NCBI GenBank assembly: GCA_964016885.1
Contig: OZ024751.1
Location: 29,636,001 to 29,700,000 of the forward strand
Origin: Eledone cirrhosa
Lineage: Eukaryota
Direction of reading: 5' to 3'
DNA length: 64,000 nucleotides
In this document: positions 1-13,278 of the stretch, one piece after another
Position numbering within the stretch: position 1 is the stretch's first letter
Layout: each line of letters starts with the position of its first letter
Translations under genes and position numbers: made by a program
Notes under the pieces: model-generated
Seen by the model: the letters and a program-made list of their open reading frames with translations, nothing else
Database searches by the model: none
What the model was told of the DNA's origin: nothing

Positions 1-107
1 GTAATTCCTCAAAGGATTCCTGATTGCCTTTTTATAGACGAAAATTATAGGTGAAGGGTATTTTCGAGATAGCAAAATACTGCATATATACATGTCTGTA
101 CATACAC

Positions 108-152
<45 letters not shown>

Positions 153-156
<4 letters not shown>

Positions 157-423
157 GGAACCAGGGTTCATGAATGCCTCATCACAAATAAATTGCTTCA
201 CAAACAATTTTTCCGGACATAAAGTGTCGGTTCACGAATGGTGTCTCGAGTAATGAAGACACAATCTGGCAACAATGGTTGACCACAAGGTTGGAGTATT
301 AGCGAGAAAGTGTTACTTAATGTGTAGTTAGTTACTATGATGATATCTATCTTTCTCTATGAACATTTCTGGTGATGAATGCCATTCAGGAATGAATTAG
401 GTTTGTGAACCAAGGTTCCCCTA
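153..423. mobile_element. Tigger/pogo-like MITE
   Basis: Left end CAGTGGAACCAGGGTTCATGAA; the reverse complement of the right end reads TAGGGGAACCTTGGTTCACAAA. Imperfect ~22-bp TIRs, TA after the right end, no ORF. Confidence 0.7.
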
Positions 424-490
424 TATACAATTATACAGATTATATATATATATATAATCAATATATATATGTTCAACCGGCATACCGCCT

Positions 491-790
491 ATGGACAGAG
501 GGTTAAATTGTAGTGTGTGGGAGAGGAGACTGCGATGGTATGGACATGTGATGCGCATGGAAGATGACCGATGGATGAAGAAGTGCCAAGAAATGCCAGT
601 TGAAGGAAGACGTGGTAGAGGTAGACCACGAAAAACATGGGCGGAGGTGGTGAGAGCAAACCTCAGATCGCTGAAGCTCACGGTGGAGATGACGAAGGAC
701 CGTGACAAGTAGAGAGATGGTGTGCTGAATAGGACCTGTCCCACCCTTGCAAGCAGGGAAAAGCGGATGTAAAATGATGATGATGATGAT
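491..790 (+). mobile_element. RTE LINE 3' fragment (family A)
   Basis: Encodes ERRLRWYGHVMRM...GRRGRGRPRKTW, the typical RTE C-terminus. Ends CCCTTGCAAGCAGGGAAAAGCGGATGTAAAA(TGA)n. Confidence 0.9.
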
Positions 791-962
791 ATATATTTTG
801 TGTGGTTAATTTGTGGGTCTTGTTCCTTTGGAGTTTACCCTGCATACTCACGAGATCATTAGTTATGATTTCTTCCTGACAACCCTGTGAGTGTGCAGCT
901 GGAACTCCAGAATGTCAAGGCTCACTACTTAGCCAAAATAAATGAATATTTAAATTTGCATT

Positions 963-1575
963 GGGGGGGGGGGGGGGGGGTTCCGAGGCCATATTATCTA
1001 GAATAAAGGACGAGTTGGAAGAAGTTTAGGGAGCTGCTCCCTCTGCTGACGAAGAAGGGTTTCTCCCTGCATACAAAAAGCCAGTTATATGATGCCTGTG
1101 TGAGGAGCGCGATGCTGCATGGTAGTGAGACATGGGCAGCAACTGCAGAGGATATGCGACGGCTGGAGAGAAAAGAGGCAAGCATGTTCCATTGGATGTG
1201 CAATGTCAGTGTGCGTGAACGACCCAGCATGAATGTGTTGAGAGAGAAACTGTGTCTGAGAGGGATAGAATGTAGTGTGTGAGAGAGGAGACTGAGGTGG
1301 TATGAACTTGTGATGCGCATGGAGGATGACCAATGGGAGAAGAAGTGCCAAGAAATTCCAGTTGAAGGAAGACGTGGTAGAGGTAGACCAGGAAAAACAT
1401 AGACGGAGGTGGTGAGAACAGACCTCAGATTGCTGAAGCTCACGGTGGAGATGACGAAGGAGCGTGACAAGTAGAGAGATGCTGTGCTGAATAAGACCCG
1501 TCCCACCCTTGCAAGCAGGGAAAAGTGGATATAAAATGTTGATGATGCGGATATAAAATGATGATGATGATGATA
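963..1575 (+). mobile_element. RTE LINE 3' fragment (family A), decayed
   Basis: AMLHGSETWA...RRLER motif, in-frame stops, same 3' stem-loop and (TGA)n tail as 491-790. Collinear with 20628-21197. Confidence 0.9.
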
Positions 1576-1613
1576 TATATATATATGTGTATATATATGT
1601 GTATGTTTGTGTG

Positions 1614-1993
1614 TACAGCCATACCTGCACCTATTTTATAAAGTGAACTCCTTAACCACACAGCCATATCTACACCTATATTATGAAGTAAACTCTTTAA
1701 CCACACTGCCATATCTACACCTATGTTGTGAAGCGAACTTCTTAACCACACATCCATATCTACACCATTGTTGTGAAATGGATTCTTCCGTGTCACAGCT
1801 ATGTCTCCACCTATGTTGCATAGTGAACTCCTTAACCTCACGGTCACACCTACACCTTTGTTATGAAGGGAACTCCTTAATCACACAGCCATACCTACAC
1901 CTATGTTGTGAAGTGAACTCTTTAACCTCACAACCATGTCTACATCTATGTTTTGAAGTGAGCTCCTTAACCATACAGCCATACCTACCCCTA
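1614..1993 (-). repeat. 45-bp minisatellite (~8.5 copies) resembling a SINE 5' head
   Basis: Unit CACAGCCATATCTACACCTATGTTGTGAAGTGAACTCCTTAACCA; gives a 15-aa periodicity in ORF 1607..2050. Confidence 0.85.
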
Positions 1994-2784
1994 TTGCATT
2001 TTGTTTCTTCGGTAAAAAAATGGCTATACATTTTTTTTTTTTGTGTTTGATATGCGACCTTCTGAAAAAGACAAAGGATTTACCCTATTATAAAACTTAG
2101 TTAATATTAGATAACTTCTGTAAAAATCCAATATTTTATACTTAGAATTATTTATTATATGACATATTAGTTATTATAATAATTTAGCTACTGTTGTTAG
2201 AAATAATATAACTGGATAGTAACCCCTGCAGACACACTGTAAATAAACTTCATATAAATGGTAAGCTACTATTCCATCCAGCCCACCATTGTGATATTAA
2301 CAACAGCGCTGGTAGATACCAATTATAAATGTGCCTTCCTATGACCTTGCTAGTATGTTGGATCCAAACCAATGAAATATGAGCAAACTATCTATGCTTT
2401 CCCCCTTTCAATAATTATATATATATATAATATATAATATATAATATATATATATATAATATATATATGTGTGTGTGTGTGTATATATATATATATGCAC
2501 ATGCATACATATATGTATGTGTGTGTGTATATATATATGTAGAGAGAGGGGGATGCAGAGCAAGAAGAGAGGTATAAGTAGCAGGCAGAGAAAGAGTACC
2601 AGTGAGATGGAGAGGGTGGGGGAGAAGAACTAAATATAAAATCAATCAATGGTGTAGAATTGTGTTCAGTTGTGTGAGAAACATGGCAGAGATCCAAGAT
2701 AGAAACACATAACTATATAACATTGTCTAATTTATCTGGAATTGTTTGAAAATTGCAGTAAATACTGATTAATCTTAGATAGAT

Positions 2785-3790
2785 GTTTCTGCTTATTGTT
2801 GTTGGTGATGCTCTATAGAAATCTTGTTGGTTATTGTTGTTAGTAGTGTTCTATAAAAATCCTGCTGTTTATGGTTGTTGGGGGTGTTCTGTAGAAGACC
2901 TGTTACTGCTTATGGTTGTTGGTGTTACTCTATAGAGGTGCTGTTTCTTGTTGGTGGTGGTGTTCTATAGAACAGTTGTTTCTGCTTATGATTGTTTGAA
3001 GTGCTCTATAGAAGTTCTGTTGCTTATGTTTTTAGTGGTGTCTATAAAAGTTCTGCTGCTTATGGTTGTTGTTGGTGTTCTGTAGAAAACCTGTTACTGC
3101 TTATGCTTGTTGGTGGTACTCTATAGAAGTGCTGTTTCTTGTTGGTGGTGATGTTCTATAGAAGTCCTGATCCCCCTTATTGTTGTTGGTGGTGCTCTAT
3201 AGAACCCCTGTTACTGCTTATGATTGTTGGTCGTGTTCTATAGAGGTGCTGCTTCTTGTTGATGCTGGTTGTACTCTATTGAGGTGCTGACTCTTGTTGT
3301 TGTTGGTGATGCTCTATAGAAGACCTGATACTGCTTAGGGTTGTTGGTGGTGGTGCTCTGTAGAACACTTGTTTCTGCTTATGATTGATGGTAGTGCTCT
3401 AAAGAGGTTCTATTTTTGCTTATGGATGTTGGAAGTGCTCTGTAGAAGTTCTGTTGCTTGTGTTTTTGTGGTATTCTGTAGAGGTGCTTTTTCTTGGTGA
3501 TGTTTGTGGTGCTCTATAGAAAATCTGATACTGCTTATGGTTGTTGGTGATGCTACTTATGGTTGTTGGTGGTGCTACTTATGGTTGTTGGTGGTGCTAC
3601 TTATGGTTGTTGATAGTACTCTATAGAACTCTTGTTGTTGATATTACTCTATAGAATTCCTGCTTTTGATTATGGTTGTTGTTGGTGTTCTATAGAGGTG
3701 CTGTTGCTTATAGTTACTGGTGGTATGTTATTAAAGTGCTGTTGCTTATGGTCGTTGGTTGTGTTCTATAAAAGACTTACTGTTTGGTTC
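2785..3790. repeat. Degenerate ~40-bp minisatellite
   Basis: Recurring CTGTTACTGCTTATGGTTGTTGGTGGTGCTCTATAGAA-like unit, more than 20 copies. Confidence 0.85.
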
Positions 3791-5383
3791 CCCTTTTTTA
3801 CCATGTCTGGTTTCTTCTTCTTCTTCTTCTTCTTCTTTGTTGAATTCATTCTGTAACAAGGGCAGCCTCTTTCTTCTAATGTTGAAGGATTGGTTGCAAC
3901 ATTTTAGCTGTAAAAATAATGGTAGAAGCCAGCCATATAACATGTTGCTAAGCCTATGCATCTGGATGATGGTGGTTATGGTGGTGGTGGTGGGTTGGAA
4001 TGTAACTGATAATGAAGGCAGCAGTGATGGTTGTGTTGTGGTTGTAGAGGTGATGATAATGGGTTATAAATGATGGTGTTGGTATTAATGGCATTGATGG
4101 TAATGGTGGTGGTTGTGATGGTAAGAGGTAATGATAATGAAGGGGGCGATGGTGGATGTGGTTGTGATGATAATGGTGATAGGTGATCGCAATGATGATT
4201 ACAATGATGATGATGATGATGATGATGATTATGATAGTGATAGTAACTGTGGTGGTGTTTTTGGTAGTATGAGTAGGTCAGCTTCCTTTCTAGACCCCCC
4301 ACCCCCCACCTCCAACGCCCTCACCCACCCAATGGATGGTTTAGTGGTTGTTATCAAGCAGTTATGTTACTCTCTGCAATTGTCTACATGATAATCATCT
4401 TTTTATATTCCGCTTATCTGTTTCCAACTAAACTGTGATTAACTGGTTAGATTTGATGTGGTCTTCAAAAGGATATCATTTTGGTGGGGGGCAGTTTTAT
4501 TATGTTTTCTTTTTAAAATGTGATGATGGAGAGCTTTCTGGATGGAAATTACACTTAGCAAGCAATTTGGCACCCACAAAATGATGAACATTACAAAAGA
4601 TAGTTCTAGAAAGAAGAAAGAAAAAATAGTTTCAAGATGAATCAGATAACATCGAAATAATTTAGTTTATTTTGGCTTTTAGTTTAAATTTAATTTGTTC
4701 AAGAAAATTGTTTTGTGTTTCAAAGTCTTTACTTGACAGCATATTTCATCAAACTATGTTTAAGTGTTCCTAACTTAATTTTAAAATGTACAAGCCTTTC
4801 CTGGCAGTGCTTTTAACTAACACTATATATCTATATTCAACTCACCAAATGTGTGTTTATGTGTGTGTGTTTATGTGTGTGTGTTTATGTATGTGTGTTT
4901 ATGTATGTATGTGTTTATGTGTGTGTTTATGTGTGTGTGTGGTTTTATGATGGCTATAAAGTTATAGTTCGCATGCACTCATATATTTTCGTTGCGGTTA
5001 TAATATTTTAAAACTAAATTTAAACGGTGCATATTTTGTTTAACAGCAGGACGACCACCATCATTATTGTAGCCAGTTTTACGTCTGTTTCTCCATGTTC
5101 ACATGTGTTGGTCAAGTGGCCAAGTCCTCTGAAGTACAGGGGGAAGGGTGCATGCAACGCATGCACTGCATGCGTTATAGAATCTTGAGTTGATCAATTG
5201 CGTCGGTTGAAGCAAGCAGAATTTTGGCTGCTTGCTAAATCGTAGACACATAAAAAGATAACACACACACACTAGACAGCCCCACATTCCGCCATGCCGA
5301 TTGGACTGCATGCCCTGCTTTCCAGGTTACCCTTCGCCACTGATGCAGTACATAATCTCCCCACTTGTATCTTTCCTTTATCA

Positions 5384-5699
5384 TCTATATATCTAAAACA
5401 GAGAATGTCTCTCTGTCTGTCTGACTCCCTAAAATTCAAGAACCACCCAACCGATTTTTTTCAGACTTTACACATGTAATACTTATGATCGTGTGAGTGG
5501 TTTGAGCAAAAATTATTTCAAATTTTCAATGCCCGAGGAACCGCAGTAGGCGTCGTTTAGCGGTCTCTCTATAATTCTTAGTCTGTCTTTTTAGATAGAT
5601 ACATAGCTACGACGTCGCGCTCTTATAATATCTGTCTGTATGTCTGGCTGTCTGCATTATGACATTATGACGCTATATGTGTGTGTATATGTATACATA

Positions 5700-5739
<40 letters not shown>

Positions 5740-6205
5740 TGTAACGTTTTTCGAAATATTTACTTCTGCGTTCACAGATTGATTTTTTTTAGTTTCAGAA
5801 GATCCTATTAAGGGTGAAAGCAGCGATTCTTTGCTTAAACTTTAATCTGTTATTTTAATATATATATATTTGTTTACAGATATTTTTGCATACTCAATAA
5901 CAAAATATAAACAAACATATTTATTTCACGAGGCTCGATAAGGATAAATATATATCAAATATATAAGAACCCTAGAGCAAATATTGTTCTCATTGCTGAT
6001 GTATTATCTTTGCTATTTTCCGTTCATTACCACCCAATTAAGTTAAACCCCTGGTAATCTACGACAAATTTTTTTCATAAGCACAAAATCTAGACACCAT
6101 CCCGAGGCCGAGGTATTCCGTACTTCTCTGTACTGTTTCAAAAAGGAGGGATAAACATACCAATCTATGTTTAGAATCCCTAGCAACGCCGGGCCATTCT
6201 GCTAG
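5384..6205 (+). mobile_element. Non-autonomous Helitron
   Basis: 5' A|TCTATATATCTAAAAC; 3' CCCTAGCAACGCCGGG degenerate hairpin followed by CTAG|T. Sits between host A and T with no TSD, as expected for Helitrons. Confidence 0.75.
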
Positions 6206-6329
6206 TCTACACTAAAATGATCAGGGTTGTACAAAGCATAAACTGGCATTAGTGTATTACAAATGAAAGTTTATATGTAAACTTGCCTAAGATAACAACT
6301 AAAATTGCTCAAAGTTGGTTATGATTTGC

Positions 6330-6530
6330 AGGACTTTGCTGGAGAAGTAAGCTGGAAGTTATACACAAGCTACTATTGTGGGAACTAACTTACAGGAGAT
6401 ATAGTAGAGAAAGACCTGCTTGGACCTTCATTGATCAACTCTCAGACAATACAAACCTCAGTAGGGAACAGTTGTGAAGAGCAATGAAAAATCTTGAATT
6501 GCGGAGACACTTTGTCAGGAATGTTTAGCT
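6330..6530 (+). mobile_element. Old RTE-like LINE C-terminal remnant
   Basis: Frameshifted translation AGLCWRSK...KLLLWE...RERPAWTFIDQL resembles 7640-7985. Confidence 0.5.
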
Positions 6531-6574
6531 GTAGTCGCAATGAGGATGATGATTATTTATTTTGTGAGGTACCA

Positions 6575-6730
6575 TTTAGATGGTCAGCTTCCACCATATC
6601 TACACAGGTCTTTCTTGGTCTTCTTCTTTTACAGCTTCCTTCCACTTGGAACTCCTGGCACCTCTTCAGCCAGTGGTCATCATCCATACCCATTTCATGT
6701 CTGTGCCAGAGCAATTTTCTCTCCTATGTA
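6575..6730 (-). mobile_element. Degenerate RTE 3' fragment
   Basis: Reverse complement resembles the family A segment MEDDRWMKKCQEMPVEG...RPRKTW. Confidence 0.6.
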
Positions 6731-6754
6731 CCTCTTCAAGCCCCCTACTCAGCT

Positions 6755-6930
6755 GGAACAGGCCTAAATAAAATGTAGGCCCCGCCCCAAAAAACAGAAT
6801 AGGCCCAAACCAGATGTAAAATGTTGCCCTCTAAAGCAAAAATAGGCCCAAAACTAAATGTAAAATCTAGACCCCTCCATAAAAAAATCTGAATAGACCC
6901 AAGTCAGATGTAAATTGTAGGTCCCTAAAC
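6755..6930. repeat. Short degenerate tandem repeat (~4 copies)
   Basis: AATAGGCCCAAA...ATGTAAAATGTAGGCCC-like unit recurs. Confidence 0.6.
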
Positions 6931-7639
6931 ATGAAATCCACTGTTTTGATCTAGGAATACCCTTCTACCTATCTTTAATTAACTTCGTAATATAGTATGT
7001 TAGTTTTAGTTTATAACTTCTGTCACTAGAGACATTGTTTAATTGGTACTAAGAAGAATTGCTTGAAACTGCAGAAATATTTTTTAAAAATTAGACAGCC
7101 GTCATCTATTTCAACATTTAGTTTCTAATTTTAGTCTCCTAATTAACGTTTTTTTAAAAAATAAACTGTGAAAAAATTTCATCTTTAATTACTTTGTTAT
7201 TTTTTATAATGCAGAACAGAAGAAAAATATTATGTTTCTTGTGTGCTCATGTTCACACAACTGGATATTTACCGAATAAAGTAGACATCACTTGGTATAT
7301 TGTTTAGTTGTGTAATCATAAATACAATCATATTTTGACACAAGTAAATAAAATATTTTAATTCTCTCTTGACACCGAACTGACTAAAATTGCCTCAGGT
7401 TCTATAATAATATTAAAACTGTTTATTTTAAAATGTTTATATTTATCTAAAAGCTTTCAATCATGATTTTATGTAATAGTATTTGTCAAGTTGTGTTACA
7501 AATAACAGCTTAATAATGAGGAAATAACTTATATTAGTAAATCTTTCTAAATTGTTTTATTATTTAAACAAGTAACTGTATTTGCTGGACTATTGGATGC
7601 CTCTTTGTGTAAAACGCCCCCCACCCAGTTTTACAAGGA

Positions 7640-7988
7640 CAGATTGTTTGTTATATGGAAGTGAAACATGGATGCTTTTATCCAAACAACAAAAGCACCT
7701 TGATGGCACTTACACTCACCTCCTTCAGCGCATTCACAACATAAGCTGGCGACATCTGTCTTCGAGAGAGATATATGCTGGCCTGCCACGCATATCTATC
7801 ATTGTACGTAAGAGGAGAGTAAGATTTGCTGGCCACTGCCATCGTGCCACCTCTGAGGCTGTGTCACAATTAGTGCTTTGGAAACCACAAGCAGTCACTA
7901 ATAACAGGGGGTGCAAGCTCTGCTTCTCCGACGTCATCTCCAGAGATTCTGGTATTGAAATCCAGGACTTGGCAACGGCAATGAATGA
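7640..7988 (+). mobile_element. RTE-like LINE C-terminal fragment (family C)
   Basis: LLYGSETW...LDGTYTHLLQRIHNISW...RRVRFAGHCHR. Confidence 0.8.
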
Positions 7989-8077
7989 CATATTCAATAT
8001 GAGTATAAATTATGATTACATATATATATATATATAAACACATACATATATATATACATACCTATATATCTATCTAT

Positions 8078-8269
8078 CTAGGGTGGGTAAAATTCCCGAG
8101 ATCCATGGACGAGTTCTCTCCAACGGTCTCTGTCTTTCATTATCGCTGCCATGTCCTGAGTCTCCAAGAGACCTGTGTCCGTCTTTAGGACATCAACATA
8201 TGTCAACCTCAGTCTCCTTCTTCTAGTGAGTCCATGCAGGGGCTCCCTCAGGAGCACTGAGTACAGCAT

Positions 8270-8272
<3 letters not shown>
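8078..8272 (-). mobile_element. RTE-like LINE extreme 3' fragment
   Basis: LLREPLHG...LTYVDVLKTDTGL...MKDRDRWR. Lies between 27-bp direct repeats at 7990-8016 and 8351-8377. Confidence 0.75.
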
Positions 8273-8316
<44 letters not shown>

Positions 8317-8575
8317 GCACACACACACACATATATAAACATATATATGTATATTCAATATGAGTATAAATTATGATCCTATATTTAAATTATATACATC
8401 TATAGCTCACATTAATATTGCATGATGCCACAACTGATTCTAGCCCAGAGTTGACCTTCCATGTAGAGCTTTGTATCCGAAACAACCATAAAATTACTGA
8501 AACATTAAAGAGCTATTTTTCTCTATCTACCAACTCTTTAAATGTACTTATTTTATTTTTTTATCTCTTTTTCAG

Positions 8576-8605
8576 GTGAGTGGAATGATTTTGTTACATT
8601 ACAAG
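8576..8605 (+). other. Candidate 30-nt symmetric micro-exon ([10 protein letters not shown])
   Basis: Long pyrimidine tract plus TTCAG acceptor; AAG|GTAAC donor. No homology recognised. Confidence 0.3.
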
Positions 8606-8633
8606 GTAACCTAGTGTTTATTTCTTACAATGA

Positions 8634-8970
<337 letters not shown>

Positions 8971-9418
8971 CAAATTTTAAAAAGAAAGAGATTAAAAAGA
9001 AAAACTGAAATCCGACCAAAATTTTTTGATAAAATGAAACATAATTACTCTTTGAAAATTCCACTTCTTTGAAAATATGGCATAAAGTATTTTTTTTAAT
9101 AAAAATGCTCTGGAAAATTCCAGTGTATGATGATGGTAAATATCGTTAAATGATGTCATTGAAGAAGCAAGGGATGAAATATTCTGATTTTGGTTATTTC
9201 TATTGGTTTCTCTCAAAGACTTAACTGAAATATTATTATTGTACAATAACTGATGTTGCAGGGTTAAATCAAATATTCTGTTTATTTAAGATTTTATGTA
9301 TGAAGAGGTTTGATCTTATTTATTATTGTTTGTTGTTATTATCATTATTGCTATTGTTGTTATTGTTGTTATAGCGTTGTTGTTGTTATTGTTGTTGTTG
9401 TTGTTGTTTTTGTTATTG

Positions 9419-9455
<37 letters not shown>

Positions 9456-9857
9456 GCAGTTTATTTATTTGTTTTCTTCCTCTATGTATATATGTTCTCA
9501 TTTCACCCCACTTTGATAGTCGATAGTCATTATAGTCCTTACTGGGTTTTTTCTCTTCTTTTTTTTTTTTTTTTTTTTTTTGATTTTTATTAAACCCTTG
9601 ATTTTTTAATCAAGGGTTATATTTAAATTTTCAGAGACTGATGTAAACAATTGGCAAATTATTCATTGAAAATTCAAAATAGATTAAACAGATTATGCAA
9701 ACCTTCATCATTATTATTATTTTTATTATTTTTTTTTTTTTTTTTTTTACTATTTTACTATTTGAAATAATCAACATAATTGGTATTTTATAATAATCAC
9801 CATTATTGTCATTTTTTAAGCAAGTATTAAATAACATTTTCTTTTTTTTTTCACTTT

Positions 9858-9901
<44 letters not shown>

Positions 9902-10083
9902 TGTATATATGTATATGTATGTATATGTATGTATATGTGTATGTATATATATATATGTGTACATATGTATGTATATGTATGTATGTATATATTTATATAT
10001 ATATGTATGTGTATGTATATATATATATGTATATATATGTATGTGTATGTATATATATATATGTATATATATGTATGTGCATG

Positions 10084-10114
<31 letters not shown>

Positions 10115-10404
10115 CTGTGTGTATATATATGTATATATATATGTGTATATATATGTACATATATATATATGTTAATTTGAATTTTTTTTAAACACTCACT
10201 CCATGAACAAAAGTAGTTTTTATGGCTCTGTGTTTGAAAAATTGTAATCAAATATTGACCCGGGATTCATAAAACCCAAATTTTTCACAAACAGTAGGAA
10301 TATTTCTCTGTCTGTCTTAATCACCTGCATTGTATGCATTCAAAGAACAACATAAAACATGTTAAAATTTGCAAACCTATCCCACTCACCCACTTAATCT
10401 AAGT

Positions 10405-10735
10405 TAACTCTTAACATCCTGTAATGATTTTGTAGAAAATGTCTAAAAACAGCTTTGATAATTTAAATGTTTATAGTATCTTTTCTTGTGGACATATTAT
10501 TATGAAAATTTGTGAAAACTTGAACTCTTAACATCATGTAATGATTTAAGATATAATGACTAAAACTAGGTTTATTAATTAAAATGTTTAAAGTATCTTT
10601 ACTTATGGACAGATCATTGTGAAAATTTGCTGTATTATCTCTTAATATCTTGAAATGATTTAGTAGAATATATCTTAAAACAGGTTTTTTTAATTAAAAA
10701 GTTTATAGTATCTTTCCTAGTGGAAAGATCATTGT
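10405..10735. repeat. ~115-bp tandem triplication
   Basis: CTCTTAACATC..TAATGATTT...TGTTTATAGTATCTTT..TGGACA.AT.ATTGTGA occurs three times. Confidence 0.75.
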
Positions 10736-10781
10736 GACCACTTGCTGTTTTAGTGTGCAGACTTTTATTTTAAATGTGATT

Positions 10782-11337
10782 TGCAGGGCAATAAAGATAG
10801 ACGGTAGCCACGGAATAGGCAGACCCAGAAAAACCTGGGACGAGCTGATAAATTCCGACCTCACACACTTACACCTCTCCAAGACAGTGTCACTGGACCG
10901 AGACCTTTGGCGGTACTCAGTAATAGAGAAGACCCGCCTTACCTAAATACAAAGTAAAACCTACTACAGTCAGTAGGCATCTCTAACAAAATACACCCCC
11001 GTCCCACCACCCCCACCCCATCCACACCGCCCCTTTCAATGTAAAGTTATGTTGGTCCCACAACATCCAGGCCGAAACAAATGAGGTCGTGTAGGTGTCA
11101 CGACAAAAATAAAACACACAGTCCACGCTGTAATGTGGCCGTGTAGGCAACACGGTAAAAACCTCCCAGTCCACACTGTAAATGTGGTTGGTGTTAGGAA
11201 GGGCATCCAACTGTAGAAAACCCGCCAGACAGTCCTATGCGAGCAAGACAACTAATCTTGCCTCAAGTGGGAAAATCCCCGTCCAAACCCATGCAAGCGT
11301 GGAACAGGGACGTTAAACGATGATGATGATGATGATG
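10782..11337 (+). mobile_element. RTE LINE 3' end (family B) with long 3' UTR
   Basis: CRAIKIDGSHGIGRPRKTWDELI; near-identical to 38835-39390; (GAT)n tail. Confidence 0.9.
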
Positions 11338-12082
11338 TGATGTGGCTATAGTGTTGTTTCAAACATTTCAATTTTCTCTTGCTTATATGGTTTTATGTGG
11401 TTCGTTGATTCAATTGTTTATATTTTTACTAGTGGATAAATCATTGTGATGTGGACATAGTGTTTTGTTATACTTTACAAGAATGTCTTTCTAATGTGGT
11501 TTCATGTGGTACAGGACACTTAGAGTAGAAGTTTTCATATAGAGAAAAAACGATAGCTCTGTAATGGTTTAGTGGCTTACAGGTTTTCCACATGAAGCTT
11601 TGAATATAAAAATGGTCGACCCTGATCCAGAATAAATTCTGTCATAATGGTGAACCTACTCAGCTACAAATATATATATTACACATACACACACACACAT
11701 TCACACACCCAAATGATTGAGTGTGTAGGGCAAGTCGGTCAATATTTCACTCTATATGAATATCTGTGTTGTTAACAAATATACGTTGATGACATCTCAT
11801 GCAAAAACAAAAATAACTTCCATGAGTGTCATCATCATCATCATTATCATTGGTTTTTACATCCACGTTTCCATGCTGACATGGGTTAGAGAGTATTTTG
11901 GGGGGAATGTTTTACAACCAGTTGCCCTTCCTTACACAAACCCTTTAAGTCACTTCTTATGACATGCCAGGCTATAGTGTACCATTTCTAAATCAGATAC
12001 ACTTGATCTGTTGATAAAGCATACTTGCGCCACAGTTCACTGTCAGCTGGCTGTACTTCTAATGTCTGTTAGATGTTATATA

Positions 12083-12293
12083 CAGAGTATTTAAAAAAAT
12101 TTGATATCATTTCAGATGTAAATATTGCAGAAGCTACCGCTATATATTGTGAATTAATGTTATAATGTTGACAAATTTTGGGGAATAAATCTTATGTTGC
12201 TGAACATTAAACCTGCTCAGTCTCTTTGTCATAGACTTGGTAGTTTCTTGGATATTTACATCTCAAATAATATCTATTTTTTTAAACACCCTG
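12083..12293. mobile_element. Tc1/mariner-type MITE
   Basis: ~55-bp imperfect TIRs (CAG(A/G)GT(A/G)TTTAAAAAAAT...GATGTAAATAT...AACTACC) with TA on both sides. Confidence 0.85.
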
Positions 12294-12629
12294 TATAGTT
12301 AGTAATTTGGTAGCAGCAATTTAAAAACACCAATTAATCTGTTTGTTTTAGGTATAAAAGCACATTGATAAGATATCTTTGGCTGTGGGAATTTGCTAGA
12401 GTGTACTGGCAATGATTGGGATTATTTTAACTTAATGTTATTTTTTCTTTTATGTTTTTCTTATCGAAACACAGCCACAAGTGATGCTGCAAACAGTATT
12501 TATGGGTGAAATGGGGAGCAGGTGGGGAGTTTTCTTATGTGACTCATGTATGTGTTAAAAGCTGATGCCAAAATATCATAAACATAAAGGGGATGTGACT
12601 TATCTACTGTTGCTGCTTATACATAAGTA

Positions 12630-13278
12630 TTTGATAACCCTCAGAAGGCTGAAAGGCAAAGTTGACTTCAACAAGATTTGAACTCAAGCCCTGTACATTC
12701 TGAGTTCAAATCACGCTGAGGTTAACTTTGACTTTCACCCTTACGAGGTTAATAAAATAAAGTACCAGTCACATACTGGGGTCAATTTAATCGACTTTCA
12801 CCTCCCCTAAAATTGTTGGTCTTGTGCCTATAGTAGAAATCATTATTATTATCATTATTAGGGTGGTGGATTAGCAGAATCGGTAGAGTGCTTCACGACA
12901 TAGAGTTATGTCTCTTTACATTCAGAGTTCAAATCCCGACGAGTTTAGCTTTGCCTTTCATCCTTATGAGGTCGATAAAATAAAGTACCAGTCACGCTCT
13001 GGGGTCGATTTAATCAACTTTCCTCTTCCCCCAAATTGCTGGCCTGGTGCCAAAAGTAGAAACTATTATTATTATTATTATCGGTGAATTGGCAGTATCG
13101 GTAGAGGGTCGGACGCCATGCTTTCTAGCATAGTTACGTCCCTTTACAGTCTGAGTTCAAATCCCGTCGAGGTTAACTTTGCCTTTCATCCTTTCGGGGT
13201 CGATAAAATAAAGTACCAGTAATGTACTGGGGTAATTGCTGGCCTTGTGCCAATAGTAGAAACAATTATTATTATTAC
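12630..13278 (+). mobile_element. Cluster of tRNA-derived SINEs with a Deu/Nin-like central domain (one inverted partial plus three tandem copies)
   Basis: A-box TGGCAGTATCGG, B-box GAGTTCAAATCC, body GCCTTTCATCCTT.CGGGGTCGATAAAATAAAGTACCAG, (ATT)n tail. The domain name is recalled similarity. Confidence 0.85.

Noticed and set aside
421-1630. Minus-strand ORFs of 107-181 aa
   Set aside because: They are antisense to RTE fragments.
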